NCBI GenBank assembly: GCA_050295575.1
Contig: JBNKPX010000006.1
Coordinates: 1 to 60,999 of the forward strand
Source of the DNA: Gammaproteobacteria bacterium
GTDB lineage: Bacteria; Pseudomonadota; Gammaproteobacteria; GCA-001735895
Direction of reading: 5' to 3'
DNA: 60,999 nt
Shown: in pieces, positions 35,144 through 45,023 of the stretch
How positions within the stretch are numbered: the first letter of the stretch is position 1
How the letters are laid out: every line of letters starts with the position of its first letter
Position numbers and translations under genes: made by a program
Notes under the pieces: generated by a model
Databases searched by the model: none
Told to the model about the DNA's origin: nothing
The model's input: the letters and a program-made list of their open reading frames with translations, nothing else

Positions 35144-36416
35144 GTACAAACTGCATAGTCGCATAGCGCGGAAAATGCTCTTCCTTGCAGTTTTATCGAC
35201 TATTGCTTATTCAGTCTTTGTTGTCATGTTGGTGAATCGGCTGGAGCTCCTGATGGTGACCACCTTGCTGGGCCATGAGGCTTCTGAAATGGTCGTCGAG
35301 TTACAGCATAATCCCGATATTCCGATGCCTAGATCTGCATCGATACAGGCATACCGATTGAGCGAAGATAATACCATTCCTATTCCGCAGTATTTAAAAA
35401 AGCTCGATTATGACGGTTATGTAAAGGTAGAGCATCAAGACAGAAGTCATCATGCTACCGTGGTAGATCTGTTAGATGATCGTATCTATATTTCATTTGA
35501 TACTACCGATATTAATAAGACATTAGCGCTGTTACAGGCGATTTTGATTGGTGGCGGTTTCATCTTTGTCATTCTAATATTCGCCAGCTGGTTCTGGTTA
35601 ACCAAAAAGTTTGTCGTGCCAGTTTCTACGCTGGCTGAAGAAGTGGCCTCTCTGGATCCCAATGTGCGTAATATTCGCATCGAAGAAGGCTATAAGGATT
35701 ACGAGGTTGGCATTATAGCGCAATCTTTCGATCAGTTTCTGATACGTATGGATGAATTTGTTGAACGAGAGCAGTCCTTTTCGGCAGCTATCAGTCACGA
35801 GTTACGCACACCGGTTTCAGTTATTGCAACGGCACTAGACCTGCTGGAGCTGGATGGTGTTACCGAGCAGCAACAAGGGGTAATTAACCGTATACGCTTC
35901 TCAACAAATTATATGCAAAAAATGATAGAGTCACTGCTGTTTTTTGCCAGAAATTCGGATGAAAAGCTTGCTATCTCCTTGAAAAAAATCAGCCTGAAAG
36001 AGGTATTTGAAGAAACGCTTACCCAATATAAGGATCAGGCAAGCATTAAAAAATTAGACCTGCTGCTAGAAGTGGAGTTTGATACCGAAATCAGAATGGT
36101 AGAGAACCATATTCAAATTATCCTGGGTAATTTAATTCAAAACGCAATCAACAATACCACCGTTGGCAGTATTCAGGTGGTGCTTAAACAGGATGGTTTT
36201 TGTGTCATAGATACCGGGCATGGTATCGGTAGCAATGAAACCGATCTGGTAGTTGAGCGTTGCTATCATGGCCCGGATAGTGATGGCTGTGGACTAGGTC
36301 TCTATCTTGTGATGAAAGTTTGCAAGGTGCACGGGCTTGATTTAAAAATAGACAGCCAGCTGGGGCAGGGTTCCAGTTTCTGCGTTACCTTTCCGCGACA
36401 GCTGATTGTTCAATAA
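35133..36416 (+). CDS. Sensor histidine kinase, ColS-like
   Basis: Two TM segments, HAMP domain, H-box SHELRTP, N-box NLIQNA, G-boxes DTGHGI and GLGL. Overlaps the stop codon of the response regulator. Confidence 0.92.
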   Translation: MRVKYKLHSRIARKMLFLAVLSTIAYSVFVVMLVNRLELLMVTTLLGHEASEMVVELQHNPDIPMPRSASIQAYRLSEDNTIPIPQYLKKLDYDGYVKVEHQDRSHHATVVDLLDDRIYISFDTTDINKTLALLQAILIGGGFIFVILIFASWFWLTKKFVVPVSTLAEEVASLDPNVRNIRIEEGYKDYEVGIIAQSFDQFLIRMDEFVEREQSFSAAISHELRTPVSVIATALDLLELDGVTEQQQGVINRIRFSTNYMQKMIESLLFFARNSDEKLAISLKKISLKEVFEETLTQYKDQASIKKLDLLLEVEFDTEIRMVENHIQIILGNLIQNAINNTTVGSIQVVLKQDGFCVIDTGHGIGSNETDLVVERCYHGPDSDGCGLGLYLVMKVCKVHGLDLKIDSQLGQGSSFCVTFPRQLIVQ

Positions 36417-36435
36417 TCAGTGCCAGGATTTATTG

Positions 36436-37005
36436 TTACTTGGCATTTTTGCGAAAATATTTCGGCCATTTTTCTTCTACCACAGGGCTATCCTCTGCAT
36501 GGCTGTGGCAGCTATTAATCAGGTAGGGAACATAATCTGCCTGAGCCTGTTCATTGTCGGGCTTTCCGGCAGAGTCTTTAATGCTGACCATAGTTTGAAA
36601 TGCCGTAGTTGCCATAGGGCCGAGTAATTCAGTCAGGTGAGTACAGCCACTTCGACCGCCCATAATTTCACGAACCTTGCCGCGCCACCCGGCTCCAATA
36701 GTAACGCCTGCCAGCTTCTCGAAAACTGAAGCTATCGATTTACAGTAATTATAAGGCGTGAAATCCATGATCGCTTCAGCCTGTTGAATAGTCATCTTAT
36801 GATCGATGGTGATACGAATAGACATACCATGCAGTGACTCTCCAGCTTTGATCTCACCACCTCGGTCCTTGTTAGGGAAGGAAAAAGGCTTGGTATCGTT
36901 TAAATGACCTTCAATATCAATTAAACCATCATCGCGTATAAAACCCTGGCAGGTGACTTCACGGGTATGCAGTAGTTTACGTTTGCTGGGTGTGGAAAGC
37001 GGCAT
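36436..37005 (-). CDS. DUF2889-like conserved protein
   Basis: Motifs LHTR...RDDGLIDIEG, HGM and GCTHLTEL. Confidence 0.75.
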   Translation of the reverse strand: MPLSTPSKRKLLHTREVTCQGFIRDDGLIDIEGHLNDTKPFSFPNKDRGGEIKAGESLHGMSIRITIDHKMTIQQAEAIMDFTPYNYCKSIASVFEKLAGVTIGAGWRGKVREIMGGRSGCTHLTELLGPMATTAFQTMVSIKDSAGKPDNEQAQADYVPYLINSCHSHAEDSPVVEEKWPKYFRKNAK

Positions 37006-37110
37006 ATGACAAAGGTCCGATAAAACACGCTATTTTAGAGCTTTTGAATAAATTGTGCACCTGCACAATTTAAGGCATGGCTAATGCGTGAAAAGGGCCC
37101 AATACTGACT

Positions 37111-37362
37111 CTATTCATTTTTGTTGTTATCGCCTATATGAGCAAATACATCGATGATCCATAAGCAGAAGAAAAGCACACATATGAATGTTAGCAGTGG
37201 CAGTACATAGGCGTATAAACGGCTTGAACTATCCATATCTGTGAAGAACCAGCTGGGTATAGCAATAAACAGCAGTAGCAATAATTGATTACGTCTTTTT
37301 CGGTTTAATCCTGTGTTCATATCAGGTGGCCAGTCAGGGGGATGGATTTGCCACTTTTTCAA
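37111..37362 (-). CDS. Small hypothetical membrane protein
   Basis: 83-aa ORF with two hydrophobic segments, filling an intergenic gap. Start uncertain. Confidence 0.4.
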   Translation of the reverse strand: MKKWQIHPPDWPPDMNTGLNRKRRNQLLLLLFIAIPSWFFTDMDSSSRLYAYVLPLLTFICVLFFCLWIIDVFAHIGDNNKNE

Positions 37363-37381
37363 CTTTCAACATTCGGCTTTA

Positions 37382-37395
37382 ATGATGTAGATCAT
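37382..37395 (+). promoter_or_regulatory. FNR-type box upstream of nifJ
   Basis: ATGAT-GTAG-ATCAT, with TATAAC at class II spacing (37419-37424). Confidence 0.65.
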
Positions 37396-37457
37396 GACCC
37401 TTTTTGCTGAATCTGAGCTATAACTAATAAAATTATAAAAGATAATATAAGGATATC

Positions 37458-40400
37458 ATGCAAAATACGACACTGACTATCGATGGTAACCAGGCGGCAG
37501 CCACAATTGCCCATCTTTGCAATGAAGTTATCGCCATTTATCCAATTACACCGGCCTCTCCGATGGGGGAGTGGTCTGATGAATGGTCATCCAGGGGGCA
37601 GAAAAACCTGTGGGGAACGGTCCCAGAGGTTATCGAGATGCAGTCCGAGGCGGGTGCTGTGGGTGCCATACATGGGGCTGTGCAGACGGGATCTCTAACC
37701 ACCACATTCACTGCATCGCAGGGATTACTGTTGATGCTACCCAATATGTACAAAATCGCCGGGGAGTTATCACCCACGGTGTTTCATATAGCGGCACGTT
37801 CGCTGGCCTGTCAGGCACTTTCCATATTTGGTGATCATAGCGATGTTATGTCTGCGCGTATGACCGGATTTTCAATGCTGGCATCAAATTCCCCACAGGA
37901 AGTACTGGATATGGCACTAATATCACAGGCAGCCACCTTACTGGGTCGCATACCGGTGTTACATTTCTTTGATGGCTTCAGAACCTCGCACGAACTTTCC
38001 AAGATAGATGCTATTCCAGAGGAAACCATCAGAGCATTAATCGATGACGAGGCCATCAAGGCGCATCGAGCGCGAGCCATGTCGCCATTCAACCCGATAT
38101 TACGCGGAACTTCGCAAAACCCGGATGTCTATTTTCAGGCTAGAGAATCGGTGAATTCTTTTTATCGAGCTTTTCCTGGCATTGTTCAGCAGGTGATGGA
38201 TCGGTTTGCAGAGTTGACTGGAAGAGCCTACAGGCTTTACGAATACGAGGGTGATGCTGAGGCTGAAAGTATCATTATCTTAATGGGCTCTGGTGCTGAA
38301 ACCGTACATGAAACAGTGGATTTTCTGAATCGACAGGGTGCGAAGGTAGGGGTATTAAAAGTACGCCTGTACCGGCCTCTGGATTGCCTGCAACTATTGC
38401 AGTCTATACCCACTTCAGTGAAGGGTATTGTAGTGCTTGATAGAACCAAGGAACCCGGATCTGATGGTGAGCCTTTATACAAAGACGTAGTGACGGCTTT
38501 TGCTGAAAACCTGACTATGGAAGATGCTCGTTTTAAACAAATGCCCACCATTATTGGTGGCCGCTACGGCCTGTCATCCAAGGAGTTTACTCCTGCAATG
38601 GTAAAGGCTGTGTTTGATGAAATACAGAAACCTGAACCTAAAAATCATTTCACTATCGGTATTGTGGATGATGTGACCCATACCAGCCTGGAATGGGATG
38701 ACGAGTTTAAAACTGATGCCAACGATGATGCCTTTCAGGCGTTATTCTACGGGCTGGGTAGTGACGGTACCGTCAGTGCAAATAAAAACAGTATCAAGAT
38801 TATTGGCTCAAGTACCGAATTAAAGGCACAGGGTTATTTTGTATACGACTCAAAAAAATCAGGTGCTATTACCGTGTCGCATCTGCGCTTTGGCCCACGC
38901 CCCATACGCTCAACCTATCTGATTGGAGATAATGAAGCCAACTTTGTTGCCTGTCACCAGTCGGTATTTCTACAGCGCTACAACATGCTGGATAAGGCGG
39001 CAAACAATGCTGTGTTTCTACTCAATACCAGTCAAGATGCGGCTGAAGTCTGGAACTCGCTACCGCGTAAGATGCAGCAACAATGTATCGATAAAAATAT
39101 CAGGTTCTACATCATTGATGCCTATGCGGTGGCCGAGAAATCAGGCATGGGTAAACGCATCAATACCATCATGCAAACCTGCTTTTTTGCGATATCGGGC
39201 GTATTGCCACAACAACAGGCTATAGAATCCATCAAGGAAGCAGTGGTTAAGACCTATGGTAAAAAAGGCCAACGCATCGTAGATATCAATTTTAAAGCGA
39301 TTGATGAATCTCTGGCCTGTTTGCATCAGGTGGAGATACCCGATTCAGTAGTAAGCAATTTTGAGATTCGCAGTCCGGTTTCTGCAGGTGCCCCAGAGTT
39401 TGTTAAAAATGTTATTGGCTCCATTATTGCGGGCACTGGCGATGGGCTACCAGTTAGTGTTTTTCCAGTAGATGGCTCATTTCCGACCGGTACCGCTGCG
39501 TACGAAAAACGTAATATTGCAACGGAAATTCCAGTGCTAGAAGCCGATCTTTGCTCGCAATGCGGTAAGTGTCCCATGGTATGCCCGCATGCGGCTATCC
39601 GTAGCAAGATTTTTCACCAGGATGAACTGGTCAATGCACCTGAATCGTTCAAAGCCATGCCTACGAAGGGCAAGGATTTTCCTGAGGGTTATCGCATCAC
39701 TTATCAGGTTGCGCCAGAAGACTGTACAGGCTGCGGGTTATGCGTGGATATCTGTCCGATTCGAGATAAAAGCAATGCCAGCCGTAAGGCATTGAATATG
39801 GCGCCAATAGAACCGCTGCTGGAACAGGAAAAGGAAAACTGGCAGTTTTATCTTGAACTGCCCGATTATGATCGACGTCAATTAAAAATAGGCACTATCA
39901 AGGGGGCCATGGCGCTAGAACCCCTGTTTGAGTTCTCCGGGGCCTGTTCGGGTTGTGGTGAAACTCCTTATGTAAAACTGACATCGCAATTATTTGGTGA
40001 TCGTATGCTGGTTGCTAATGCCACTGGCTGTTCATCGATTTACGGTGGTAACCTGCCCACAACCCCCTGGAGCAAAAATGATCAGGGCCTGGGACCAAGC
40101 TGGAATAACTCTCTGTTTGAAGATACCGCAGAATTTGGTCTGGGCATGCGTGTTGCCGTGGATAAAAACAAACAACAGGCACAGGAATTACTGCAACAAC
40201 TCAGTGGCCAGCTGGATGCAACACTGGTTGAGCAAATCATTAATGCCGATGAATCAAGTGAAGCCGGTATCTATGAGCAGCGACAGCGCGTAGAACAGTT
40301 AAGCGAACTATTGAAAGGAGTCTCGGATGAAAAGGCTGAAAGGCTGGAAGAGCTAAAACATTATCTGTGTCGTCAATCAGTATGGATCATGGGTGGTGAT

Positions 40401-41090
40401 GGCTGGGCTTACGATATTGGCTATGGCGGTCTGGATCATGTACTGGCGAGCGGTCGTAATGTAAATATTCTGGTGCTTGATACCGAGGTCTATTCCAACA
40501 CCGGCGGGCAAACCTCCAAGGCTACCCCGCGTGGTGCGGTAGCCAAATTCTCATCCGGTGGTAAGGCAACAGCGAAAAAAGACCTCGCTATGCTGGCTAT
40601 GGATTACGAAAATGTATACGTCGCTCATGTCGCTTATGGGGCTAAAGACGTTCAGACATTGCGTACGTTTATTGAGGCAGAAGCGTTTGAGGGGACTTCA
40701 ATTATTATTGCTTACTCGCCCTGTATCGCGCATGGTGTTGATATGGCGAACAATCATCGGCAGCAGCAAATGGCAGTGGATAGTGGTCATTGGCCGCTGT
40801 TTAGATATGATCCCAGTAAAGCCATGCAGGGGCAGAATCCTCTACATCTGGATTCGGCTGAGCCCAAGATTCCCTATCGCGATTATATTATGAGCGAAAC
40901 ACGCTTTAATATGTTGTGGCATACACACCCTGAGGAAGCCGAAGCATTTTTACAAAAGTCACAGCAGGAAGTGAGTCATCGCTATCACTACTATCGTCAG
41001 CTGGCAGAACTGGAGTGGGATCAGAATACTACGATCACCTCGGCAAAGGCCAAACTCGGCGAAACTAAAGATAAACAGGCGGAGCAATAA
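37458..41090 (+). CDS. nifJ: Pyruvate:ferredoxin/flavodoxin oxidoreductase
   Basis: AIYPITP, two CxxCxxCxxxCP clusters, FSGACSGCGE, and TPP motif GGDGWAYDIG...DTEVYSNTGGQ. Confidence 0.97.
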   Translation: MQNTTLTIDGNQAAATIAHLCNEVIAIYPITPASPMGEWSDEWSSRGQKNLWGTVPEVIEMQSEAGAVGAIHGAVQTGSLTTTFTASQGLLLMLPNMYKIAGELSPTVFHIAARSLACQALSIFGDHSDVMSARMTGFSMLASNSPQEVLDMALISQAATLLGRIPVLHFFDGFRTSHELSKIDAIPEETIRALIDDEAIKAHRARAMSPFNPILRGTSQNPDVYFQARESVNSFYRAFPGIVQQVMDRFAELTGRAYRLYEYEGDAEAESIIILMGSGAETVHETVDFLNRQGAKVGVLKVRLYRPLDCLQLLQSIPTSVKGIVVLDRTKEPGSDGEPLYKDVVTAFAENLTMEDARFKQMPTIIGGRYGLSSKEFTPAMVKAVFDEIQKPEPKNHFTIGIVDDVTHTSLEWDDEFKTDANDDAFQALFYGLGSDGTVSANKNSIKIIGSSTELKAQGYFVYDSKKSGAITVSHLRFGPRPIRSTYLIGDNEANFVACHQSVFLQRYNMLDKAANNAVFLLNTSQDAAEVWNSLPRKMQQQCIDKNIRFYIIDAYAVAEKSGMGKRINTIMQTCFFAISGVLPQQQAIESIKEAVVKTYGKKGQRIVDINFKAIDESLACLHQVEIPDSVVSNFEIRSPVSAGAPEFVKNVIGSIIAGTGDGLPVSVFPVDGSFPTGTAAYEKRNIATEIPVLEADLCSQCGKCPMVCPHAAIRSKIFHQDELVNAPESFKAMPTKGKDFPEGYRITYQVAPEDCTGCGLCVDICPIRDKSNASRKALNMAPIEPLLEQEKENWQFYLELPDYDRRQLKIGTIKGAMALEPLFEFSGACSGCGETPYVKLTSQLFGDRMLVANATGCSSIYGGNLPTTPWSKNDQGLGPSWNNSLFEDTAEFGLGMRVAVDKNKQQAQELLQQLSGQLDATLVEQIINADESSEAGIYEQRQRVEQLSELLKGVSDEKAERLEELKHYLCRQSVWIMGGDGWAYDIGYGGLDHVLASGRNVNILVLDTEVYSNTGGQTSKATPRGAVAKFSSGGKATAKKDLAMLAMDYENVYVAHVAYGAKDVQTLRTFIEAEAFEGTSIIIAYSPCIAHGVDMANNHRQQQMAVDSGHWPLFRYDPSKAMQGQNPLHLDSAEPKIPYRDYIMSETRFNMLWHTHPEEAEAFLQKSQQEVSHRYHYYRQLAELEWDQNTTITSAKAKLGETKDKQAEQ

Positions 41091-41091
41091 T

Positions 41092-42078
41092 ATGGATATG
41101 ACAACAGAATATCTTGGGTTGACTCTGAAAAACCCACTGGTCGCTTCTTCAAGTCCCATGACCTGGGAGGTTGCGACAGCGCTTGAATTACAGCAGGCTG
41201 GCATAGCAGCGATTATCATGCCATCACTGTTTGAAGAGCAGATTGATTATGAACGCTCTCAAATGGATCACTTTATTTTTCAGTCCTCATTGGGGCATGC
41301 AGAAGCAGATAGTTTCCACCCAGAACCCGCTGATTATGAGGATTGTGAAGAAAAATATATATCTCGATTAAAGGCACTAAAACAGGCCCTGGATATACCT
41401 GTTATCGCCAGTCTCAATGGTGTTACCGCTAGAGGATGGGTAGAGCATGCGGCTAAACTGGAGCAGGCTGGCGCTGATGCTATTGAACTTAATATTTATT
41501 ATATCGCGGCAGAGCTTCAGGAAACTTCCCTGCAGGTCGAACAACGCTATATGGATATTTTTACTGCTGTCAGACAACAGGTTAGCATTCCGGTGAGCCT
41601 TAAACTGTCGAATCACTTCAGCGCACTGCTACCTATGATCACGCGATTGCAGGAAGCGAGAGCCAGTGGGGTTTCCCTGTTCAATCGCTTTTATCAGCCA
41701 GATATCGATCTGGATACCCTGCTGGTAAAACCCCGAATCAATCTATCAAGCCCTGGAGAATCTCTGATGCGCATCCGCTGGACCGCGATACTCAGGCAGC
41801 ATACCAGTATGTCACTGGCTATCACAGGCGGTATGCATGATGCTGATCAGGTATTGAAAGGGTTACTGGCTGGTGCAGATGCCTGTTGTCTGTGCAGCAC
41901 CCTGCTTAAAAATGGGGCTCAGCAGACTTCAGTGATTCTGGAAGATATGTTGAGCTGGCTACAGGAAAAGGAGTACGAGTCAATTCGCCAGTTAAAAGGC
42001 AGTTTAAGTTATGCCAATGCCATCAATCCTTCTGAATACGAGCGCGCAAACTATCGGGAAGTTCTGAGTAGTTATTAG
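41092..42078 (+). CDS. Dihydroorotate dehydrogenase-like flavoprotein
   Basis: YLGLTLKNPL, IPVIASLNG, AIELN and LFNRFYQPDID. This family is commonly paired with nifJ. Confidence 0.85.
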   Translation: MDMTTEYLGLTLKNPLVASSSPMTWEVATALELQQAGIAAIIMPSLFEEQIDYERSQMDHFIFQSSLGHAEADSFHPEPADYEDCEEKYISRLKALKQALDIPVIASLNGVTARGWVEHAAKLEQAGADAIELNIYYIAAELQETSLQVEQRYMDIFTAVRQQVSIPVSLKLSNHFSALLPMITRLQEARASGVSLFNRFYQPDIDLDTLLVKPRINLSSPGESLMRIRWTAILRQHTSMSLAITGGMHDADQVLKGLLAGADACCLCSTLLKNGAQQTSVILEDMLSWLQEKEYESIRQLKGSLSYANAINPSEYERANYREVLSSY

Positions 42079-42106
42079 CCCTGTATTTTAATGTATTATA
42101 TGGGGC

Positions 42107-42727
42107 ATGACTAAAACAGATTTAGACCGTCTAACATTAACGCAAATCCGTCAGTGCCTGTTAGCAGAAAACCTGATAACTCAGGATATTCCTGTTGACT
42201 GGAACGAACAGGAATGGCGTCAGGCCGGTGTGTTAATCCCTTTTGTACGGGATCGGGATCGCTGGCATATTATATTTATCCGACGCTCTGATCATGAACA
42301 CGATCATCATAGTGGTCAGGTAGCTTTTGCGGGAGGTAAATACGAGGAACAGGATAGCGATCTTAAAACCACCGCCTTACGTGAAGCTCATGAGGAAATC
42401 GGTTTACATCCGCAGCATGTCGAAGTTCTCGGGCAACTCAACTATCACTACAGTATTACCCGCTTCAAGATCGCACCGGTGGTGGCATATGTTAGTCAGT
42501 GGCCATATTCCTTTGTACCTGACCCTGATGAGGTCGCTCGTGTTTTCAGTATACCTTTAAGCTGGTTAGTAGATCCGGCCAATTATCGTAGTGAGCAACA
42601 CGAGAGGTACGGTAGGACATTCCCTGTAGTATTTTATGACGAATACGATGGCGAGGTTCTGTGGGGCGCAACTGCGAGAATGGTGCAGTCGCTGATATCG
42701 TGTCTGCTTGATTCAGAGGGAGCCTGA
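42107..42727 (+). CDS. Nudix hydrolase, CoA pyrophosphatase subfamily
   Basis: HSGQVAFAGG, Nudix box ALREAHEEIG, and LWGATA. Confidence 0.9.
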   Translation: MTKTDLDRLTLTQIRQCLLAENLITQDIPVDWNEQEWRQAGVLIPFVRDRDRWHIIFIRRSDHEHDHHSGQVAFAGGKYEEQDSDLKTTALREAHEEIGLHPQHVEVLGQLNYHYSITRFKIAPVVAYVSQWPYSFVPDPDEVARVFSIPLSWLVDPANYRSEQHERYGRTFPVVFYDEYDGEVLWGATARMVQSLISCLLDSEGA

Positions 42728-42745
42728 GTAGCATATCCACGGTTA

Positions 42746-43639
42746 TTAACAGGCCCTGGCAGGGGCTTTAGTTTTAACAACCAGATAAACACCCATCACG
42801 GTAATCGCTATGCCGATGATCGCTGCCAGATTGAGTTGCTCATCAAAGAATAACCAGCCCTCAAGGACTACAACAGGCGGAACCAGATAAAAATAACTGG
42901 CCACACGAGCAGATTCTCCTTCTCGAATCATAAGCATGAGTAGCAATATGGCTATAATAGAAAGCACGACTACCAACCAGACCAAAGAGGCTATCAGGGT
43001 AAATGACCAGATGATTTGCTGAGTTTCAAAGCCTGTGCTGAGAATGCCCATCCAGACAACCGTTGCCAGGTACTGGAAAAAAGACCCTGGCAATAGCTTG
43101 CTGCCCTGACCAAAGTTTTTCTGGTATAAAGTGCCGATTGAAATACCGCATAGCGCGATCAGTATAGCGATGACAGCCCCCATACTGATATTATCGAAGC
43201 CGACCGATTTCCCCTGTAGCAGTACCATGGTAATACCGATCAGTCCCAGCAATAGACCAAGCCACTGCCTGGGTTTTAGCTGGTTGCCAAGTACCAGCCA
43301 GGCCAGGATTGCTGTCAAAAGCGGCTGTAAGCCGACTATTAGAGAGGCAATACCTGCGGGCATGTTCAATTTAATCGCTGCAAATACACCCCCAAGATAG
43401 GCGGCATGAATCAAGGAGCCGACCACCATCTGATGAAATGCATCAATCGGCCTGGGCCATTCGGTTTTAAACAGCTGAATGAGTAATAGAAAAACCACCA
43501 GCGTAATCAACATGCGTACTAACAGCAGGGTATAGGGCTCTATGTAGGGTAAGGCAAATTTGGCGGCGATAAATCCTGTGCTCCATAACAGCACAAAAAT
43601 CAGGGGAATAAACCTCACCAGGCGGTGAAAATATGTCAA
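42746..43639 (-). CDS. DMT/EamA-family transporter
   Basis: About 10 TM segments, LWSTGFIAAK, LIVGLQPLLTA. Confidence 0.9.
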   Translation of the reverse strand: MTYFHRLVRFIPLIFVLLWSTGFIAAKFALPYIEPYTLLLVRMLITLVVFLLLIQLFKTEWPRPIDAFHQMVVGSLIHAAYLGGVFAAIKLNMPAGIASLIVGLQPLLTAILAWLVLGNQLKPRQWLGLLLGLIGITMVLLQGKSVGFDNISMGAVIAILIALCGISIGTLYQKNFGQGSKLLPGSFFQYLATVVWMGILSTGFETQQIIWSFTLIASLVWLVVVLSIIAILLLMLMIREGESARVASYFYLVPPVVVLEGWLFFDEQLNLAAIIGIAITVMGVYLVVKTKAPARAC

Positions 43640-43743
43640 AACAGTAACCAGCGAAAATTCAGGATTACTGGATTATAAGAGGGGCTGAGGTCGTAAAACA
43701 GGGACAGATGATGCGTTATGGCAAACAAATCTGTACCAGGGCC

Positions 43744-43980
43744 TCAGGCGTTTTTATCAATAATCTCAAACATTTCATCATATAGCGCCCAGGCGGCTTC
43801 GGCTTCCTGCTGATTGATGCGCGAAATCACATTACCCATGCTGATCATTACGTACTCACCAACCTTTATATCATCTTCCATCATAAGTAACAGGCTGGCT
43901 TCACGTTCAATACCTCTGGCTTCGCAGAGGGCGCAGATACCATTAATCCTTTTGATTTGCATGGGAATACCAAGACACAT
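43744..43980 (-). CDS. hypC: Hydrogenase maturation chaperone HypC/HupF
   Basis: N-terminal MCLGIP, 78 aa, divergent from the hydrogenase operon. Confidence 0.92.
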   Translation of the reverse strand: MCLGIPMQIKRINGICALCEARGIEREASLLLMMEDDIKVGEYVMISMGNVISRINQQEAEAAWALYDEMFEIIDKNA

Positions 43981-44054
43981 AAACTAGTTACCAGGGAAGA
44001 AATAAAAATGTCAGAGACTACTCTGCAATATAGCGCCCGCTAGATTTTATTGTG

Positions 44055-44068
44055 TTGATCCAGATCAA
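44055..44068. promoter_or_regulatory. Consensus FNR box for the hydrogenase operon
   Basis: Perfect TTGAT-CCAG-ATCAA, with -10 TATACT at 44090-44095 (class II spacing). Confidence 0.88.
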
Positions 44069-44130
44069 TACTGGGTTACAGCATTTGATTATACTGGCTA
44101 CATAGTGCTGTTTAACACTGCAGGTATCAA

Positions 44131-44607
44131 ATGAATAAGAATAAGACACTGGTACTAGGTATAGGCAATACATTACTGAGCGACGAGGGTGTCGGCGTTC
44201 ATGTTATCAATCAACTTATCCTTGAAAACGCATTCTCTCCGGACGTGTTTTACATGGATGGTGGAACCCTCAGCTTCACTCTGGCCCAACCTATAGAATC
44301 CTGCGATCAGTTAATCGTTGTGGATGCCTCTGAAATAAAATCTACTCCAGGTGCTGTCAGGGTGTTCGAAAATGAAGCCATGGATTTCTTCATAAGCAAT
44401 GGTAATAAAAAATCTGTTCATGAGGTTGGTCTGGTTGATGTAATGTCGATCGCCATGTTAGCAGGCAGACTGCCGTCTCGACGCGCTCTGGTCGGTATCC
44501 AGCCGGATTCTCTGGATTGGGGTGAGTGCCCAACAAAGGTCGTTCAGCAAGCTATCCCCCAGGCCTGTGAAGAAGTAAATCGCATTATTCAGCGTTGGCA
44601 GAAATGA
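44131..44607 (+). CDS. Hydrogenase maturation endopeptidase (HynD/HyaD family)
   Basis: LGIGNTLLSDEGVG, DGGT, VVDA and SVHE. Confidence 0.93.
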   Translation: MNKNKTLVLGIGNTLLSDEGVGVHVINQLILENAFSPDVFYMDGGTLSFTLAQPIESCDQLIVVDASEIKSTPGAVRVFENEAMDFFISNGNKKSVHEVGLVDVMSIAMLAGRLPSRRALVGIQPDSLDWGECPTKVVQQAIPQACEEVNRIIQRWQK

Positions 44608-45023
44608 TGAATCCACTACAAATACCTATTGAAATCAATCACGGCTCCAGTGCAATGGCTCGGGCACTATTTAATGAGCTGGCTCAGCATTTACAGAAAT
44701 TAGTGGAGCAGGGTAAAGAACATACCGTCGACTTGTTCAGTCTGCCTGTCAATGATCAGGATAAGCAGGAGCTGGAGCAGTTGCTGGGTAAGGGGGAAGT
44801 AGACATAACACTGACCACAGTGGGTGAAAGCCGTATTTTTGAAACATCCTATAACGGCATCTGGTGGGTCAGGCACCATGCAGCAGACGCATTATTGATT
44901 TCTGAGTTCATAGAGGTGACATGGATTCCTGAAATAATTAAGAGTCATCCGTCAGATGTCGAGCTTTCGGCGGATCGAATGAAAAAGATCATCCTGCAGG
45001 ATGAAGGAGGCAAGTATCTGTGA
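44604..45023 (+). CDS. Hydrogenase expression/formation protein (HupH/HyaF-like)
   Basis: LLGKGEV...SRIFET...GIWWV...IEVT..P, located between the protease and the small subunit. Confidence 0.8.
   Translation: MMNPLQIPIEINHGSSAMARALFNELAQHLQKLVEQGKEHTVDLFSLPVNDQDKQELEQLLGKGEVDITLTTVGESRIFETSYNGIWWVRHHAADALLISEFIEVTWIPEIIKSHPSDVELSADRMKKIILQDEGGKYL

Noticed and set aside
6094-36430. Active integrative element or prophage at tRNA-Ser
   Set aside because: No integrase, phage or conjugation genes, and no att duplication seen.
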